Made by a program: the position numbers and the translations under genes | Part shown: positions 27,904 to 38,742 of the stretch, piece after piece | How positions within the stretch are numbered: position 1 is the first letter of the stretch | How the letters are laid out: the number at the start of each line of letters is the position of its first letter | The notes under the pieces: model-generated | Seen by the model: the letters and a program-made list of their open reading frames with translations, nothing else | Told to the model about the DNA's origin: nothing | Database searches by the model: none | Sequence record: OQ031495 | Direction: 5' to 3' (one strand) | Length of the DNA: 64,000 nucleotides | From: Escherichia phage MRostami-2023e

Positions 27904-29588
27904 AATCATTTAAATTAAATCGTGTTCGTTATCAAAATATCATGTCGGTAGGTGGGAATCCTATTGATATCCAATTAGATAAAGTCCAAAAGACATTAAT
28001 CACTGGTAAAAATGGTGGTGGTAAATCTACGATGTTAGAAGCCATCACTTTTGGACTTTTCGGTAAACCATTTCGTGATGTTAAGAAAGGACAAATCATT
28101 AATAGCACGAACAAGAAAGAGCTCTTAGTTGAGCTTTGGATGGAATTCGATGATAAAAAATACTTCATTAGACGTGGCCAAAAGCCCAATATTTTCGAAA
28201 TCTCCGTTGACGGTGTTCGTCTCGATGAATCTGCCAGCAGTCGTGACTTCCAAGAAGAATTTGAACGTAGCATCGGAATGTCATACGCGTCTTTTAAACA
28301 GATCGTTGTGCTTGGGACGGCAGGGTATACCCCTTTCATGGCTCTTAGCACCCCTGCTCGTAGAAAACTTGTCGAAGACCTTTTAGAAGTCGGCACACTC
28401 GCTGAAATGGATAAAATCAATAAGTCTCAAGTTCGAGAACTTAATTCCCAGGGACAAGTTCTCGATGCCAAGAAAGATGGTGTTATCCAACAAATTAAGA
28501 TTTATAACGAGAATATCGAACGTCAAAAGAAATTATCTGGTGATAATGTAGCGCGTCTACAGAATATGTATGACGACCTAGCCAAAGAAGCTCGTTCATT
28601 AAAAGCAGAAATCGAAGAAGCTAATGAGCGACTACTTAATATCGTTCTTGATGAAGACCCTACTGAGGCATTCAACAAGATCGGACAAGAAGCATTCTTG
28701 ATTAAATCTAAAATCGACTCATATAACAAAGTTATTAAGATGTATCATGATGGTGGTACATGTCCTACTTGTGCATCACAGTTGCACCAGGGTGATCCTA
28801 TTGTCTCTAAGATTACCGATAAGCTTCACGAATGTAATCACTCATTCGAGCAACTTACATGTCACAGAGATAACCTGAGTGTCCTAGTGGACGAATATAG
28901 AGCTAATGTTAAGACTAAACAGGACCTTGCATCTGATATTCGTACCAAGAAACAAGCAATGATTGCCACTATTGATAAAGCTAAGAAAGTTAAAGCTGCA
29001 ATAGAACAAGCCTCGGCGGAATTTATCGACCATGCCGATGAGATAGCTTTGCTTCAAAAAGAACTTGATAAAATCATTAAAACAAAATCGGATATCGTTC
29101 TTGAAAAATACCATCGTGGTATTATCACAGATATGTTAAAAGATTCTGGTATTAAAGGTGCTATCATTAAAAAATATGTGCCTTTGTTCAATAAGCAGAT
29201 TAACCAGTATCTTAAAATCATGGAAGCTGATTACGTGTTTTCTATTGATGAAGAATTCAATGAATCTATAAAATCACGTGGTCGTGAAGATTTTAGTTAT
29301 GCTTCATTTAGTCAAGGTGAAAAGGCACGTATCGATATCGCATTGTTGTTTACATGGCGAGATATTGCTGAAAAGGTTTCTGGTGTTAAAATCAACACGT
29401 TGATTCTTGATGAGGTTTTTGATGGTGCTGTCGATTCTGAGGCTGTTAAGGCTATAGATACCATTCTTGGAAGTTTACAAAATACTAATGTGTTCATTAT
29501 CTCTCATCGAGACCATGACCCTCAACGTTATGGACAACATCTTCAGATGAGCAAAGTTGGACGATTTACGGTAATGACTGTTTCATAA
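27900..29588 (+). CDS. 46: Recombination ATPase gp46 (Rad50/SbcC-like)
   Basis: Walker A TGKNGGGKST, zinc hook CPTC, signature FSQGEK, Walker B LILDEVFDG. Confidence 0.92.
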   Translation: MKSFKLNRVRYQNIMSVGGNPIDIQLDKVQKTLITGKNGGGKSTMLEAITFGLFGKPFRDVKKGQIINSTNKKELLVELWMEFDDKKYFIRRGQKPNIFEISVDGVRLDESASSRDFQEEFERSIGMSYASFKQIVVLGTAGYTPFMALSTPARRKLVEDLLEVGTLAEMDKINKSQVRELNSQGQVLDAKKDGVIQQIKIYNENIERQKKLSGDNVARLQNMYDDLAKEARSLKAEIEEANERLLNIVLDEDPTEAFNKIGQEAFLIKSKIDSYNKVIKMYHDGGTCPTCASQLHQGDPIVSKITDKLHECNHSFEQLTCHRDNLSVLVDEYRANVKTKQDLASDIRTKKQAMIATIDKAKKVKAAIEQASAEFIDHADEIALLQKELDKIIKTKSDIVLEKYHRGIITDMLKDSGIKGAIIKKYVPLFNKQINQYLKIMEADYVFSIDEEFNESIKSRGREDFSYASFSQGEKARIDIALLFTWRDIAEKVSGVKINTLILDEVFDGAVDSEAVKAIDTILGSLQNTNVFIISHRDHDPQRYGQHLQMSKVGRFTVMTVS

Positions 29589-29590
29589 AC

Positions 29591-29623
29591 GCTTTAACAC
29601 GATGTGGTTATAATGACCACATC
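29591..29623 (+). promoter_or_regulatory. Middle-type (MotA-box) promoter with inverted repeat around the -10
   Basis: GCTTTA 29591-29596, 12-bp spacer, TATAAT 29609-29614; GATGTGGT / ACCACATC flank the -10. Confidence 0.5.
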
Positions 29624-29642
29624 AAATTAAATGGAGAACAAC

Positions 29643-29831
29643 ATGGAGTATTCAACCGGTCAACATCTTCTCGTTGTCCCTGAAATTAAAAAATATGTTT
29701 TGACCAATACGTTTTCAGGTGAAGAACATATTGTTACTGAACAAATGCTCAAATCTGCTTTTAAAGATGAGTATAATAAAATAATGTCTAATCGCAATTC
29801 CGCATGGACAGTTACCGACTTCTACGAATAA
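29643..29831 (+). CDS. Hypothetical protein
   Basis: 62-aa ORF with SD GGAGA upstream. Confidence 0.45.
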   Translation: MEYSTGQHLLVVPEIKKYVLTNTFSGEEHIVTEQMLKSAFKDEYNKIMSNRNSAWTVTDFYE

Positions 29832-29843
29832 GAGAGAAATAAT

Positions 29844-30260
29844 ATGTTTACTACTGCTAAAGGTTTCACTGCTGCTGATCTGAAAGTTACTTCTATCCGT
29901 ACTGACGCTAACCCACATAACCATAATCGTGTTCGTAAAGCATGGGTCCTGCATTGTGATGACGCAAGTGCTAAAAAACTCCAATCTTTGCCACAAGAAA
30001 CTCGTTTTATGATTTATGGTTTTATTGATAACGATGTATCTGATATGTGGATTCATCTGATGCGTAAGCATTATAAAGATTCTATTGAAGCTGGCGGAAA
30101 AATCGTTCTTGATAAAGACGGTTCTGAGCGTCTTGAAGATTTCTACTGTGTTGATGCCGACGAACAACTAATTGCAGCTGGTGAAATTGTTGCTTCTAAA
30201 ATTCCAGAATATATTGAATCACTGCCTGAAGCTATTAAAAAGCAGATGGTTGCTGCATAA
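29844..30260 (+). CDS. rpbA: RNA-polymerase-binding protein RpbA-like (by position)
   Basis: 138-aa ORF between 46 and 45, the T4 rpbA position. Confidence 0.45.
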   Translation: MFTTAKGFTAADLKVTSIRTDANPHNHNRVRKAWVLHCDDASAKKLQSLPQETRFMIYGFIDNDVSDMWIHLMRKHYKDSIEAGGKIVLDKDGSERLEDFYCVDADEQLIAAGEIVASKIPEYIESLPEAIKKQMVAA

Positions 30261-30302
30261 TAAATTTGTTATAAACTTTGAATTGTCTTGAAAGGAAATA
30301 AA

Positions 30303-30989
30303 ATGAAACTGTCTAAAGATACTATCGCTATTCTGAAAAACTTTGCCTCTATTAACTCCGGCATTCTGCTGAGTCAAGGTAAATTTATTATGACTCGTGC
30401 AGTTAATGGCACCACTTATGCGGAAGCAAATATCTCTGATGAAATTGATTTTGACGTAGCACTTTATGATTTGAATAGCTTCTTAAGCATTTTGAGTCTA
30501 GTGTCTGATGATGCTGAAATTTCAATGCACACTGATGGCAACATTAAAATTGCAGATACACGTTCCACAGTTTATTGGCCTGCCGCTGACAAGAGCACCA
30601 TTGTTTTTCCTAATAAGCCAATTCAATTCCCAGTGGCTTCTGTGATTACTGAAATTAAAGCTGAAGACCTTCAACAATTGCTTCGAGTTTCACGTGGTCT
30701 TCAGATTGATACAATTGCTATTACAAATAAAGATGGTAAAATTGTTATCAACGGTTACAATAAAGTTGAAGATTCTGGCTTGACTCGTCCTAAGTATTCT
30801 TTGACTCTTACTGATTATGATGGTTCTAACAACTTTAACTTCGTAATCAATATGGCTAATATGAAAATCCAGCCAGGTAACTATAAAGTAATGTTGTGGG
30901 GAGCTGGTGATAAAGTTGCAGCTAAGTTTGAAAGCTCTCAAGTGAGTTATGTTATTGCGATGGAAGCCGATTCTACTCACGACTTCTAA
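30303..30989 (+). CDS. 45: Sliding clamp gp45
   Basis: MKLSKDTIAILKNFASINSGILL...VASVITEIKAEDLQQLLRVSRGLQIDTIAIT... matches T4 gp45. Confidence 0.92.
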   Translation: MKLSKDTIAILKNFASINSGILLSQGKFIMTRAVNGTTYAEANISDEIDFDVALYDLNSFLSILSLVSDDAEISMHTDGNIKIADTRSTVYWPAADKSTIVFPNKPIQFPVASVITEIKAEDLQQLLRVSRGLQIDTIAITNKDGKIVINGYNKVEDSGLTRPKYSLTLTDYDGSNNFNFVINMANMKIQPGNYKVMLWGAGDKVAAKFESSQVSYVIAMEADSTHDF

Positions 30990-30994
30990 GTCAA

Positions 30995-31038
30995 AGCTTT
31001 ACGTTTAATGTAGTACGATTATGGAGGAGAAATCCTCC
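30995..31038 (+). promoter_or_regulatory. Candidate middle promoter and leader hairpin for gene 44
   Basis: GCTTTA 30995-31000 with TACGAT 13 bp downstream; GGAGG / CCTCC hairpin 31024-31038 in the leader. Confidence 0.35.
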
Positions 31039-31064
31039 AGTTTAATGATAATGAGGAAAATTAC

Positions 31065-32027
31065 ATGATTACTATCAATTCCAAAGAACACATTCTAGAA
31101 CAGAAATATCGTCCTTCTTCCATTGACGAATGTATTCTGCCTGCGTATGACCATGAAACATTCAAGTCTTTAGTATCTAAAGGAAAACTTCCTCATATTA
31201 TTTTGCACTCTCCTTCTCCTGGCACCGGTAAAACAACCGTAGCAAAAGCATTATGTAACGATATCAACGCTGAAATGATGTTCGTCAACGGTTCTGATTG
31301 TAAAATTGATTTTGTACGCGGTCCGTTAACTGCATTCGCTCGTTCAGTCTCAATGGAAGGCAAGCCGAAAGTTATCGTTATCGATGAATTTGACCGTAGT
31401 GGCCTCGCCGAATCACAACGTCACCTTCGTACGTTTATGGAAGAATTCTCTAGTAACTGTTCTATTATTATTACTGCCAACAACATCGATGGAATTATCG
31501 AACCGTTACGTAGTCGTTGTCGAGTTATCGAATTCGGACGTCCAACCGAAGAAGATAAAATCTCGATGATGAAGAAAATGATTCATCGTATGGTTGAAAT
31601 CTGTAAGAATGAAAATATCGAAATCGCTGATATGAAAGTTGTTGCAGCTCTGGTTAAAAAGAACTTCCCGGACTTTCGTCGTACAATTGGTCAATTAGAC
31701 CAGTACTCGTCTAAAGGTGTTCTTGATGCAGGTATTTTGTCTATCGTAACTAATGACCGTGGCACAGTCTCTGATGTTATCGAAGCAATGAAGAACAAAG
31801 ATATCAAACAACTTCGTGCATTAGCTCCAAAATACGCCGCAGATTATTCATGGTTCATCGATAAATTAGTTTCAGAATGTTATGACCAAGTTGCACCTGG
31901 TAAAAGTATTATTTCGCTTTACGAAATTGCAGGCGAAAATAATAAGTTTCATGGACTAGCAAGTAATATTGAATTACATGTTATGTATATGCTTCTTCAA
32001 CTGACCTGCGAACTGACTTGGAAATAA
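31065..32027 (+). CDS. 44: Clamp-loader large subunit gp44
   Basis: [17 protein letters not shown]...[11 protein letters not shown]...VIVIDEFDR... matches T4 gp44. Confidence 0.92.
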   Translation: MITINSKEHILEQKYRPSSIDECILPAYDHETFKSLVSKGKLPHIILHSPSPGTGKTTVAKALCNDINAEMMFVNGSDCKIDFVRGPLTAFARSVSMEGKPKVIVIDEFDRSGLAESQRHLRTFMEEFSSNCSIIITANNIDGIIEPLRSRCRVIEFGRPTEEDKISMMKKMIHRMVEICKNENIEIADMKVVAALVKKNFPDFRRTIGQLDQYSSKGVLDAGILSIVTNDRGTVSDVIEAMKNKDIKQLRALAPKYAADYSWFIDKLVSECYDQVAPGKSIISLYEIAGENNKFHGLASNIELHVMYMLLQLTCELTWK

Positions 32028-32028
32028 T

Positions 32029-32592
32029 ATGAACTTATTTGATGATGACGTCCAACTTAACGAGCACCAAATCGCATGGAAGTCTAATGACGCTGATGCG
32101 ATTCAAAAATGTGCTGACATGTTTAAAGAAAAACCTGAGAATGAATTCTTTAAAATCATTAATGCTATTAATGAAAAGAAATCTGTGTCAATTGCTCAGG
32201 TCGACTACTCAAAATTTATGGTTGAGAACTCATTATCCCAGTTCCCGGAATGTATGCCAGCTGTTTACATGATGAACTTAGTCGGTTCTGAATTAAGTGA
32301 TGAAGCGCACTTCAACTATATGATGGCGGCAATTCCACGTGGCCGACGATTCTCTAAATGGGCTAAACTAGTCGAAGACACTTCAGAGTTACTAGTTATC
32401 AAACTGTTGATGAAACGTTACACAATCAACATGAATGATGCTACCGAGTATAAGCGGCTCCTTGAAAAAAATAACAAGCTGCCAATAGTCCTTAAAGAAC
32501 TGAAGGCCATGGTCACTGATGAGTTTCTCAAAGAAGTTACAAAAAATGTGAAAGAACAAAAACAATTTAAAAAATTAGCATTGGAATGGTAA
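32029..32592 (+). CDS. 62: Clamp-loader small subunit gp62
   Basis: 187-aa ORF immediately after 44; position and size as T4 gp62. Confidence 0.85.
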   Translation: MNLFDDDVQLNEHQIAWKSNDADAIQKCADMFKEKPENEFFKIINAINEKKSVSIAQVDYSKFMVENSLSQFPECMPAVYMMNLVGSELSDEAHFNYMMAAIPRGRRFSKWAKLVEDTSELLVIKLLMKRYTINMNDATEYKRLLEKNNKLPIVLKELKAMVTDEFLKEVTKNVKEQKQFKKLALEW

Positions 32593-32594
32593 AA

Positions 32595-32963
32595 ATGATC
32601 GAAATTAAATTGAAGAACCCCGAAGATTTTCTTAAAGTCAAAGAGACTCTGACCCGTATGGGCATCGCTAATAACAAGGATAAAGTTCTTTATCAGTCCT
32701 GTCATATCCTCCAAAAGCAAGGTAAATATTACATCGTCCACTTTAAAGAAATGTTGCGTATGGACGGGCGTCAAGTTGATATTGATGGTGAAGACTACCA
32801 ACGACGTGATTCGATTGCCCAGTTGCTTGAAGACTGGGGATTGATTGTTATTGAAGACTCTGCTCGTGAAGATCTGTTTGGCCTGACTAATAACTTCCGA
32901 GTTATCTCTTTTAAACAGAAAGATGACTGGACTTTGAAAGCAAAATATACAATTGGTAATTAA
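32595..32963 (+). CDS. regA: Translational repressor RegA
   Basis: MIEIKLKNPEDFLKVKETLTRMGIANNKDKVLYQSCHILQKQGKYYIVHFKEMLRMDGRQV... matches T4 RegA. Confidence 0.9.
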   Translation: MIEIKLKNPEDFLKVKETLTRMGIANNKDKVLYQSCHILQKQGKYYIVHFKEMLRMDGRQVDIDGEDYQRRDSIAQLLEDWGLIVIEDSAREDLFGLTNNFRVISFKQKDDWTLKAKYTIGN

Positions 32964-32967
32964 AGCA

Positions 32968-32997
32968 ATGGGACTTCGGTCCCATTTGGAGTATAAT
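32968..32997 (+). promoter_or_regulatory. UUCG hairpin followed by -10-like element upstream of gene 43
   Basis: ATGGGAC ttcg GTCCCAT then GGAGTATAAT 32988-32997. Confidence 0.4.
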
Positions 32998-33044
32998 AAG
33001 TTCATCAACAAACAAAAGACAATAACTCGTCTAAAGGAAATTAA

Positions 33045-35756
33045 ATGAAAGAATTTTACTTAACGGTTGAACAGATTGGTGATTCAATTTTTGAACGTTA
33101 CATCGATTCTAATGGCCGTGAACGTACTCGTGAAGTAGAATATAAACCATCACTGTTTGCTCATTGTCCAGAAAGTCAGGCTACGAAATATTTCGATATC
33201 TACGGTAAGCCGTGTACTCGTAAGTTGTTCGCCAATATGCGTGATGCCTCCCAATGGATTAAACGCATGGAAGATATCGGACTTGAAGCACTTGGCATGG
33301 ACGATTTCAAATTGGCGTATTTGTCTGACACTTATAACTATGAAATCAAATACGACCATACAAAAATTCGTGTGGCTAACTTCGACATCGAAGTAACATC
33401 TCCGGATGGGTTCCCTGAGCCTTCACAAGCAAAACATCCTATTGATGCTATCACCCATTATGACTCAATTGACGACAGGTTCTACGTATTTGATCTATTG
33501 AATTCTCCATATGGTAATGTAGAAGAATGGTCTATTGAAATCGCTGCTAAGCTTCAAGAACAAGGCGGTGATGAAGTTCCATCTGAAATTATCGATAAAA
33601 TCATTTATATGCCGTTCGATAACGAAAAAGAATTGTTGATGGAATATCTCAACTTCTGGCAACAGAAAACTCCTGTCATTTTGACTGGATGGAACGTTGA
33701 GTCATTTGATATTCCATATGTGTATAACAGAATCAAGAATATTTTTGGCGAATCTACTGCGAAACGGTTGTCACCACATCGTAAAACTCGTGTTAAAGTT
33801 ATCGAAAACATGTATGGTTCTCGTGAAATCATTACATTGTTCGGTATCTCTGTTCTTGATTACATTGACCTTTACAAAAAATTCTCTTTCACAAACCAAC
33901 CGTCGTATTCTCTGGATTACATTTCAGAATTTGAATTGAACGTTGGTAAACTGAAATATGACGGCCCTATTTCTAAGCTTCGTGAAAGCAATCACCAACG
34001 ATATATTTCTTATAACATTATCGACGTGTATCGTGTATTGCAAATTGATGCTAAGCGTCAGTTCATCAACTTGAGTTTAGACATGGGTTATTATGCTAAG
34101 ATACAGATTCAATCTGTGTTTAGCCCAATTAAAACATGGGATGCTATTATTTTTAATAGCCTTAAAGAGCAGAACAAGGTGATTCCACAAGGTCGTTCGC
34201 ATCCAGTTCAACCTTACCCGGGTGCTTTTGTTAAGGAACCTATTCCAAATCGATACAAATATGTAATGAGTTTCGACCTTACATCTCTGTATCCAAGTAT
34301 TATTCGCCAAGTGAATATTAGCCCAGAAACAATAGCAGGAACGTTTAAAGTAGCTCCATTGCATGATTATATTAACGCTGTTGCTGAACGTCCTTCAGAT
34401 GTGTACAGTTGCTCTCCTAACGGCATGATGTATTATAAAGACCGTGACGGTGTAGTTCCAACTGAAATCACTAAGGTCTTTAATCAACGTAAAGAACATA
34501 AAGGTTACATGCTTGCAGCTCAACGTAATGGTGAAATAATTAAAGAGGCATTGCATAATCCTAATCTTTCTGTTGACGAACCATTAGATGTTGATTATCG
34601 TTTCGACTTCAGCGATGAGATTAAAGAAAAGATTAAAAAGTTGTCTGCTAAATCTCTTAATGAAATGTTGTTTAGAGCTCAACGTACTGAAGTTGCAGGT
34701 ATGACTGCCCAAATTAACCGTAAATTGCTTATCAACTCACTTTATGGTGCACTTGGAAACGTTTGGTTCCGTTATTACGATTTGCGTAATGCAACTGCAA
34801 TCACAACATTTGGTCAAATGGCTTTACAGTGGATTGAACGTAAAGTTAATGAATATCTGAATGAAGTTTGTGGTACAGAAGGTGAAGCTTTCGTTCTTTA
34901 TGGTGATACAGACTCTATTTACGTATCTGCTGATAAAATTATCGATAAGGTTGGTGAATCTAAATTCCGTGATACTAACCATTGGGTAGACTTCTTAGAT
35001 AAGTTTGCACGTGAACGTATGGAACCAGCTATTGATAGAGGTTTCCGTGAAATGTGTGAATACATGAACAATAAACAACACTTAATGTTCATGGACCGAG
35101 AAGCTATCGCTGGTCCTCCACTCGGTTCTAAAGGTATTGGTGGATTCTGGACTGGTAAGAAACGTTATGCATTAAACGTGTGGGATATGGAAGGTACTCG
35201 TTACGCTGAGCCTAAACTCAAAATCATGGGTCTAGAGACTCAGAAATCTTCGACCCCTAAAGCAGTACAGAAAGCTCTTAAAGAATGTATTCGTCGTATG
35301 CTTCAAGAAGGTGAAGAATCATTACAAGAATATTTTAAAGAGTTTGAAAAAGAATTCCGTCAATTGAATTATATTAGCATCGCGTCGGTATCTTCTGCGA
35401 ATAACATTGCTAAATATGACGTCGGTGGATTCCCTGGTCCCAAATGCCCGTTCCATATTCGTGGAATTCTGACGTATAACCGGGCTATCAAAGGTAATAT
35501 CGATGCGCCGCAAGTTGTAGAAGGTGAAAAAGTATATGTTCTGCCTTTACGTGAAGGAAACCCATTCGGTGATAAATGTATCGCATGGCCTTCTGGTACT
35601 GAAATCACAGATTTAATTAAAGACGACGTACTTCATTGGATGGACTACACTGTTCTCCTTGAGAAGACATTTATTAAACCACTTGAAGGATTCACATCAG
35701 CAGCGAAACTCGATTACGAGAAGAAAGCATCTCTGTTCGATATGTTCGATTTTTGA
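33045..35756 (+). CDS. 43: DNA polymerase gp43 (family B)
   Basis: 903 aa; exonuclease FDIE, polymerase motifs SLYPSII and YGDTDS. Confidence 0.95.
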   Translation: MKEFYLTVEQIGDSIFERYIDSNGRERTREVEYKPSLFAHCPESQATKYFDIYGKPCTRKLFANMRDASQWIKRMEDIGLEALGMDDFKLAYLSDTYNYEIKYDHTKIRVANFDIEVTSPDGFPEPSQAKHPIDAITHYDSIDDRFYVFDLLNSPYGNVEEWSIEIAAKLQEQGGDEVPSEIIDKIIYMPFDNEKELLMEYLNFWQQKTPVILTGWNVESFDIPYVYNRIKNIFGESTAKRLSPHRKTRVKVIENMYGSREIITLFGISVLDYIDLYKKFSFTNQPSYSLDYISEFELNVGKLKYDGPISKLRESNHQRYISYNIIDVYRVLQIDAKRQFINLSLDMGYYAKIQIQSVFSPIKTWDAIIFNSLKEQNKVIPQGRSHPVQPYPGAFVKEPIPNRYKYVMSFDLTSLYPSIIRQVNISPETIAGTFKVAPLHDYINAVAERPSDVYSCSPNGMMYYKDRDGVVPTEITKVFNQRKEHKGYMLAAQRNGEIIKEALHNPNLSVDEPLDVDYRFDFSDEIKEKIKKLSAKSLNEMLFRAQRTEVAGMTAQINRKLLINSLYGALGNVWFRYYDLRNATAITTFGQMALQWIERKVNEYLNEVCGTEGEAFVLYGDTDSIYVSADKIIDKVGESKFRDTNHWVDFLDKFARERMEPAIDRGFREMCEYMNNKQHLMFMDREAIAGPPLGSKGIGGFWTGKKRYALNVWDMEGTRYAEPKLKIMGLETQKSSTPKAVQKALKECIRRMLQEGEESLQEYFKEFEKEFRQLNYISIASVSSANNIAKYDVGGFPGPKCPFHIRGILTYNRAIKGNIDAPQVVEGEKVYVLPLREGNPFGDKCIAWPSGTEITDLIKDDVLHWMDYTVLLEKTFIKPLEGFTSAAKLDYEKKASLFDMFDF

Positions 35757-35796
35757 TATAATGCCATGGACGGTAAACTAATTAAATGAGAGAAAT

Positions 35797-36432
35797 ATGA
35801 AAACTACTCCTATTACTATCGCTATTGACGCAATCATAAAACAAGCTTCTTCTTTGGCCGCTATGGCCAAAGTAATTAGTCAAAACCCTGCTCGTTATAA
35901 TGCTATTCTAGAAACTCTTCGACGCCCTGGACTTAGTAATTATGAAAGCCGAGTAATTATTACAGGTGTTGGTAAGAATGCTAATATTGCAACTAAAGCG
36001 TCTGAGACATTTGCTTCACTCGGTATCCCGAGTATGTACTTGAACACTGGGCATTATTCTCACGGTGATGCAGGATTTATTGCGCCTAATGATGTGTTGA
36101 TTCATATTAGTCGTTCTGGTAAAACTGAAGAAATGATAGGCGTGGCTAAGCATCTTAAAATGATTCGCCCGAACGTCAAACAGATTCTGTTGCATTGTAA
36201 CCCAGACATTCCACAAGAATACGAAGCCCTTTTTGATTACTCTTTCTGTACAGGCATCGCGGTAGAAGTTGATGAGAATTCTCTGGCTCCGACTATGTCC
36301 ACTACATTGTTGTTAGCGCTTATCGATACGTTTGCTATCAACCTTTCGTCTGAACGTGGATTTACCTCTAATGACTTCCTTAAGTTCCACCCTGGCGGTG
36401 CACTAGGTGCCATGTTACGAGGCGAACAATGA
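35797..36432 (+). CDS. SIS-domain sugar-phosphate isomerase, KdsD/GutQ-like (putative D-arabinose-5-phosphate isomerase)
   Basis: VIITGVGKNANIA...GHYSHGDAG...HISRSGKTEE...LAPTMSTTLLLAL...HPGGALG align with the KdsD SIS domain as recalled; no CBS domains. Confidence 0.75.
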   Translation: MKTTPITIAIDAIIKQASSLAAMAKVISQNPARYNAILETLRRPGLSNYESRVIITGVGKNANIATKASETFASLGIPSMYLNTGHYSHGDAGFIAPNDVLIHISRSGKTEEMIGVAKHLKMIRPNVKQILLHCNPDIPQEYEALFDYSFCTGIAVEVDENSLAPTMSTTLLLALIDTFAINLSSERGFTSNDFLKFHPGGALGAMLRGEQ

Positions 36433-36572
36433 AAGCAATAACAATAGGACTTTTACTATTGATGCTTGTCATGACTATCTACTGGAGCTTAACGGCTCCA
36501 GTAATGATTCCAACACTTGTAATTGGATGGATTATGATTGGACTACAAGCAAAGTATGAATGCTTTAACTAG
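36429..36572 (+). CDS. Small hydrophobic protein
   Basis: 47-aa ORF with two hydrophobic stretches; below track cutoff. Confidence 0.3.
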   Translation: MKAITIGLLLLMLVMTIYWSLTAPVMIPTLVIGWIMIGLQAKYECFN

Positions 36573-36613
36573 AATAGTGTACAATACTCCTACTTACCAA
36601 TGAGGACCACAAC

Positions 36614-38299
36614 ATGAAAAAAGCTGTTATTCTTGGTGCTGGACTGGCAACTCGTTTGTATCCAATAACGCATCATATTCCTAAGGTGCTTGTTAACTAT
36701 AAACAAGACACTATTCTGAGCAATTTGTATACAATTTATTCTGACCTTGGCGCAGATGAAATTATTGTAGTAGTTCATTCAAAATTTGCTGAAACTGTTC
36801 GAGCTTATTGTGAGCAAGAAGGGTTCAATGTGACTATTCGTACAGTTGATGAAGCGTATGGTTCTGCTTATGCTCTTGCTAAATTACACAAAGATTTAGA
36901 CGGCCATAATGTAATTGTTAACTGGTGTGATATTATTCCGGATTTTGGTTCATGGTCTTGGAATGTTAACGCAATCTATGTTAAGGGTGACGAATGTCGA
37001 TATAATTTCGACGGTGAAAATATCACTAACGTAGGTTCAACAGGTGGTAATGTTGTAGGAATTTATCAGTTCAAAGACTGGGAATTCTATATGGGTTCTA
37101 CCGATGAGGAAATTCATGAATACTGCAAAGGACGTGATTTCGTAGAATTCCTTTACGGCAGCGCATTCAATAAATCAGAGCTTATGAATCTAATTGATTT
37201 AGGTGATATGCCTAAACTTGAAAAAGCTCATGAAGTTCGTGAACTTAATCGTAGTTTTAATGCAGTTGAAATTGGTGAAGAAACTGTAACTAAATTCGCA
37301 TTAACCGAACAGGGTCGAGCTCTTCAGAAAGATGAGATTTCATGGTATCTTAAAGTGAAATCAGATTCAGTTCCTCAGTTAGTTTCTGTTAATGAAAATA
37401 ACTTTGAAATGGAACGCATTAAAGGTAAGCCGGCATTTGAATATATTAAATCAAAATCAAGTCTTGCTCGTCCACAAATTATTGATGCAATTTTAGATGC
37501 ACTGAAATTCAGCACAGACACTTATTTTGTAAGTCCTGAAACTGTTCGCCGTGATTTCACTAAAGAATTCTATACGAAAGTTATTGATCGTTGTGAAAGT
37601 ATTCAACCATTGATTGATTCATTTGGTAAAATCACACATGTGAACTACACTAAGATTGGGCGTCTGAAGCCAATGTTGAAACAAGCTTTAGAACATCTTA
37701 TTCGTTATCATAACCGTTCTCAGGGACAGTACTCTGTTATTCACGGTGACCCGAACTTCAGTAATACTATGATTACTGATAACGGCGAAGTCAAGTTTAT
37801 CGACCCTCGTGGATATTTTGGCGAAACCAAGATTTACGGGCCAAAATTGTATGATGAAGCTAAAGTGCTTTATGCTGTTTCAGGTTATGATGAATTCAAT
37901 GCTAATCCGGCCTGGGGACAGTTTACTATTGATGAAACAACTTGTAATGTGACTATTAACATCAATCCATTAGTTTACAAATATGGAAAGATGAGTTCGT
38001 TTAACGAGTATCATCATTTGGCAGTGGCAATTATCTGGATTGCATTAGGTGGTTATTTCAAGAATAATCCACTTAAAGCGGTTGCCGCATATTATAAAGG
38101 TATGGAACTTCTGACTAAGCAATTACGTAACATGGGCCGTGTACTTCAAGACGGCTCTATTAGTTATGACGTAGCAGAACCTGTAACGGCTACTCTGATT
38201 ACAAAAAATCCGGGTAAATGGGTACTAACTGATAAAGAAACTGGTGTTTCCTATCGTCCAATCGGTGGCGATATCACTCATCAATGGGAACGAATCTAA
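36614..38299 (+). CDS. Bifunctional sugar-1-phosphate nucleotidyltransferase / sugar kinase
   Basis: N-terminal AVILGAGLATRL nucleotidyltransferase signature; C-terminal VIHGDPNFSN and VKFIDPRG kinase motifs (APH/choline-kinase type). Confidence 0.7.
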   Translation: MKKAVILGAGLATRLYPITHHIPKVLVNYKQDTILSNLYTIYSDLGADEIIVVVHSKFAETVRAYCEQEGFNVTIRTVDEAYGSAYALAKLHKDLDGHNVIVNWCDIIPDFGSWSWNVNAIYVKGDECRYNFDGENITNVGSTGGNVVGIYQFKDWEFYMGSTDEEIHEYCKGRDFVEFLYGSAFNKSELMNLIDLGDMPKLEKAHEVRELNRSFNAVEIGEETVTKFALTEQGRALQKDEISWYLKVKSDSVPQLVSVNENNFEMERIKGKPAFEYIKSKSSLARPQIIDAILDALKFSTDTYFVSPETVRRDFTKEFYTKVIDRCESIQPLIDSFGKITHVNYTKIGRLKPMLKQALEHLIRYHNRSQGQYSVIHGDPNFSNTMITDNGEVKFIDPRGYFGETKIYGPKLYDEAKVLYAVSGYDEFNANPAWGQFTIDETTCNVTININPLVYKYGKMSSFNEYHHLAVAIIWIALGGYFKNNPLKAVAAYYKGMELLTKQLRNMGRVLQDGSISYDVAEPVTATLITKNPGKWVLTDKETGVSYRPIGGDITHQWERI

Positions 38300-38685
38300 T
38301 GCACCGTGTAGAAAACATGCTTAATCTTTATTTTGATGTCGATGATTGTATAACAGAGTGGAATAACAATCGTGATTACGTGAACTTCAAGCCAGACGTC
38401 GAAATGGTGTCTGCCATTAATGCCCTGTATGATGCAGGGCATACCATAACGCTTTACACTGCTCGCGGTATGAAGTCAGTAGGTCCTGGACGTATAGCAA
38501 TTGACATTCTCCCAAGTCTGATTCAGAACTTGGCAAACATTGGCTTGAAGTACCATAATTTGCTAACACATAAACCAGTATATGATTGGATTATCGACGA
38601 CAAAGCTATGCGTCCTGACGAATTCAAAGCTCTTATGAATAAAGGCGAATTCGAAACATTTAAATCATATAAACCGAATCTATAA
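38299..38685 (+). CDS. Small HAD-like phosphatase (KdsC-like)
   Basis: LYFDVDDCITEW (DxD motif I), ITLYTARG (motif II), HKP...WIIDDKA (K and DD motifs); 128 aa. Confidence 0.5.
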   Translation: MHRVENMLNLYFDVDDCITEWNNNRDYVNFKPDVEMVSAINALYDAGHTITLYTARGMKSVGPGRIAIDILPSLIQNLANIGLKYHNLLTHKPVYDWIIDDKAMRPDEFKALMNKGEFETFKSYKPNL

Positions 38686-38742
38686 TAATTTAAGTAAGAC
38701 CTGCAAAAACCATCGCATCAATTAACGTGAGATGCAAAAAAA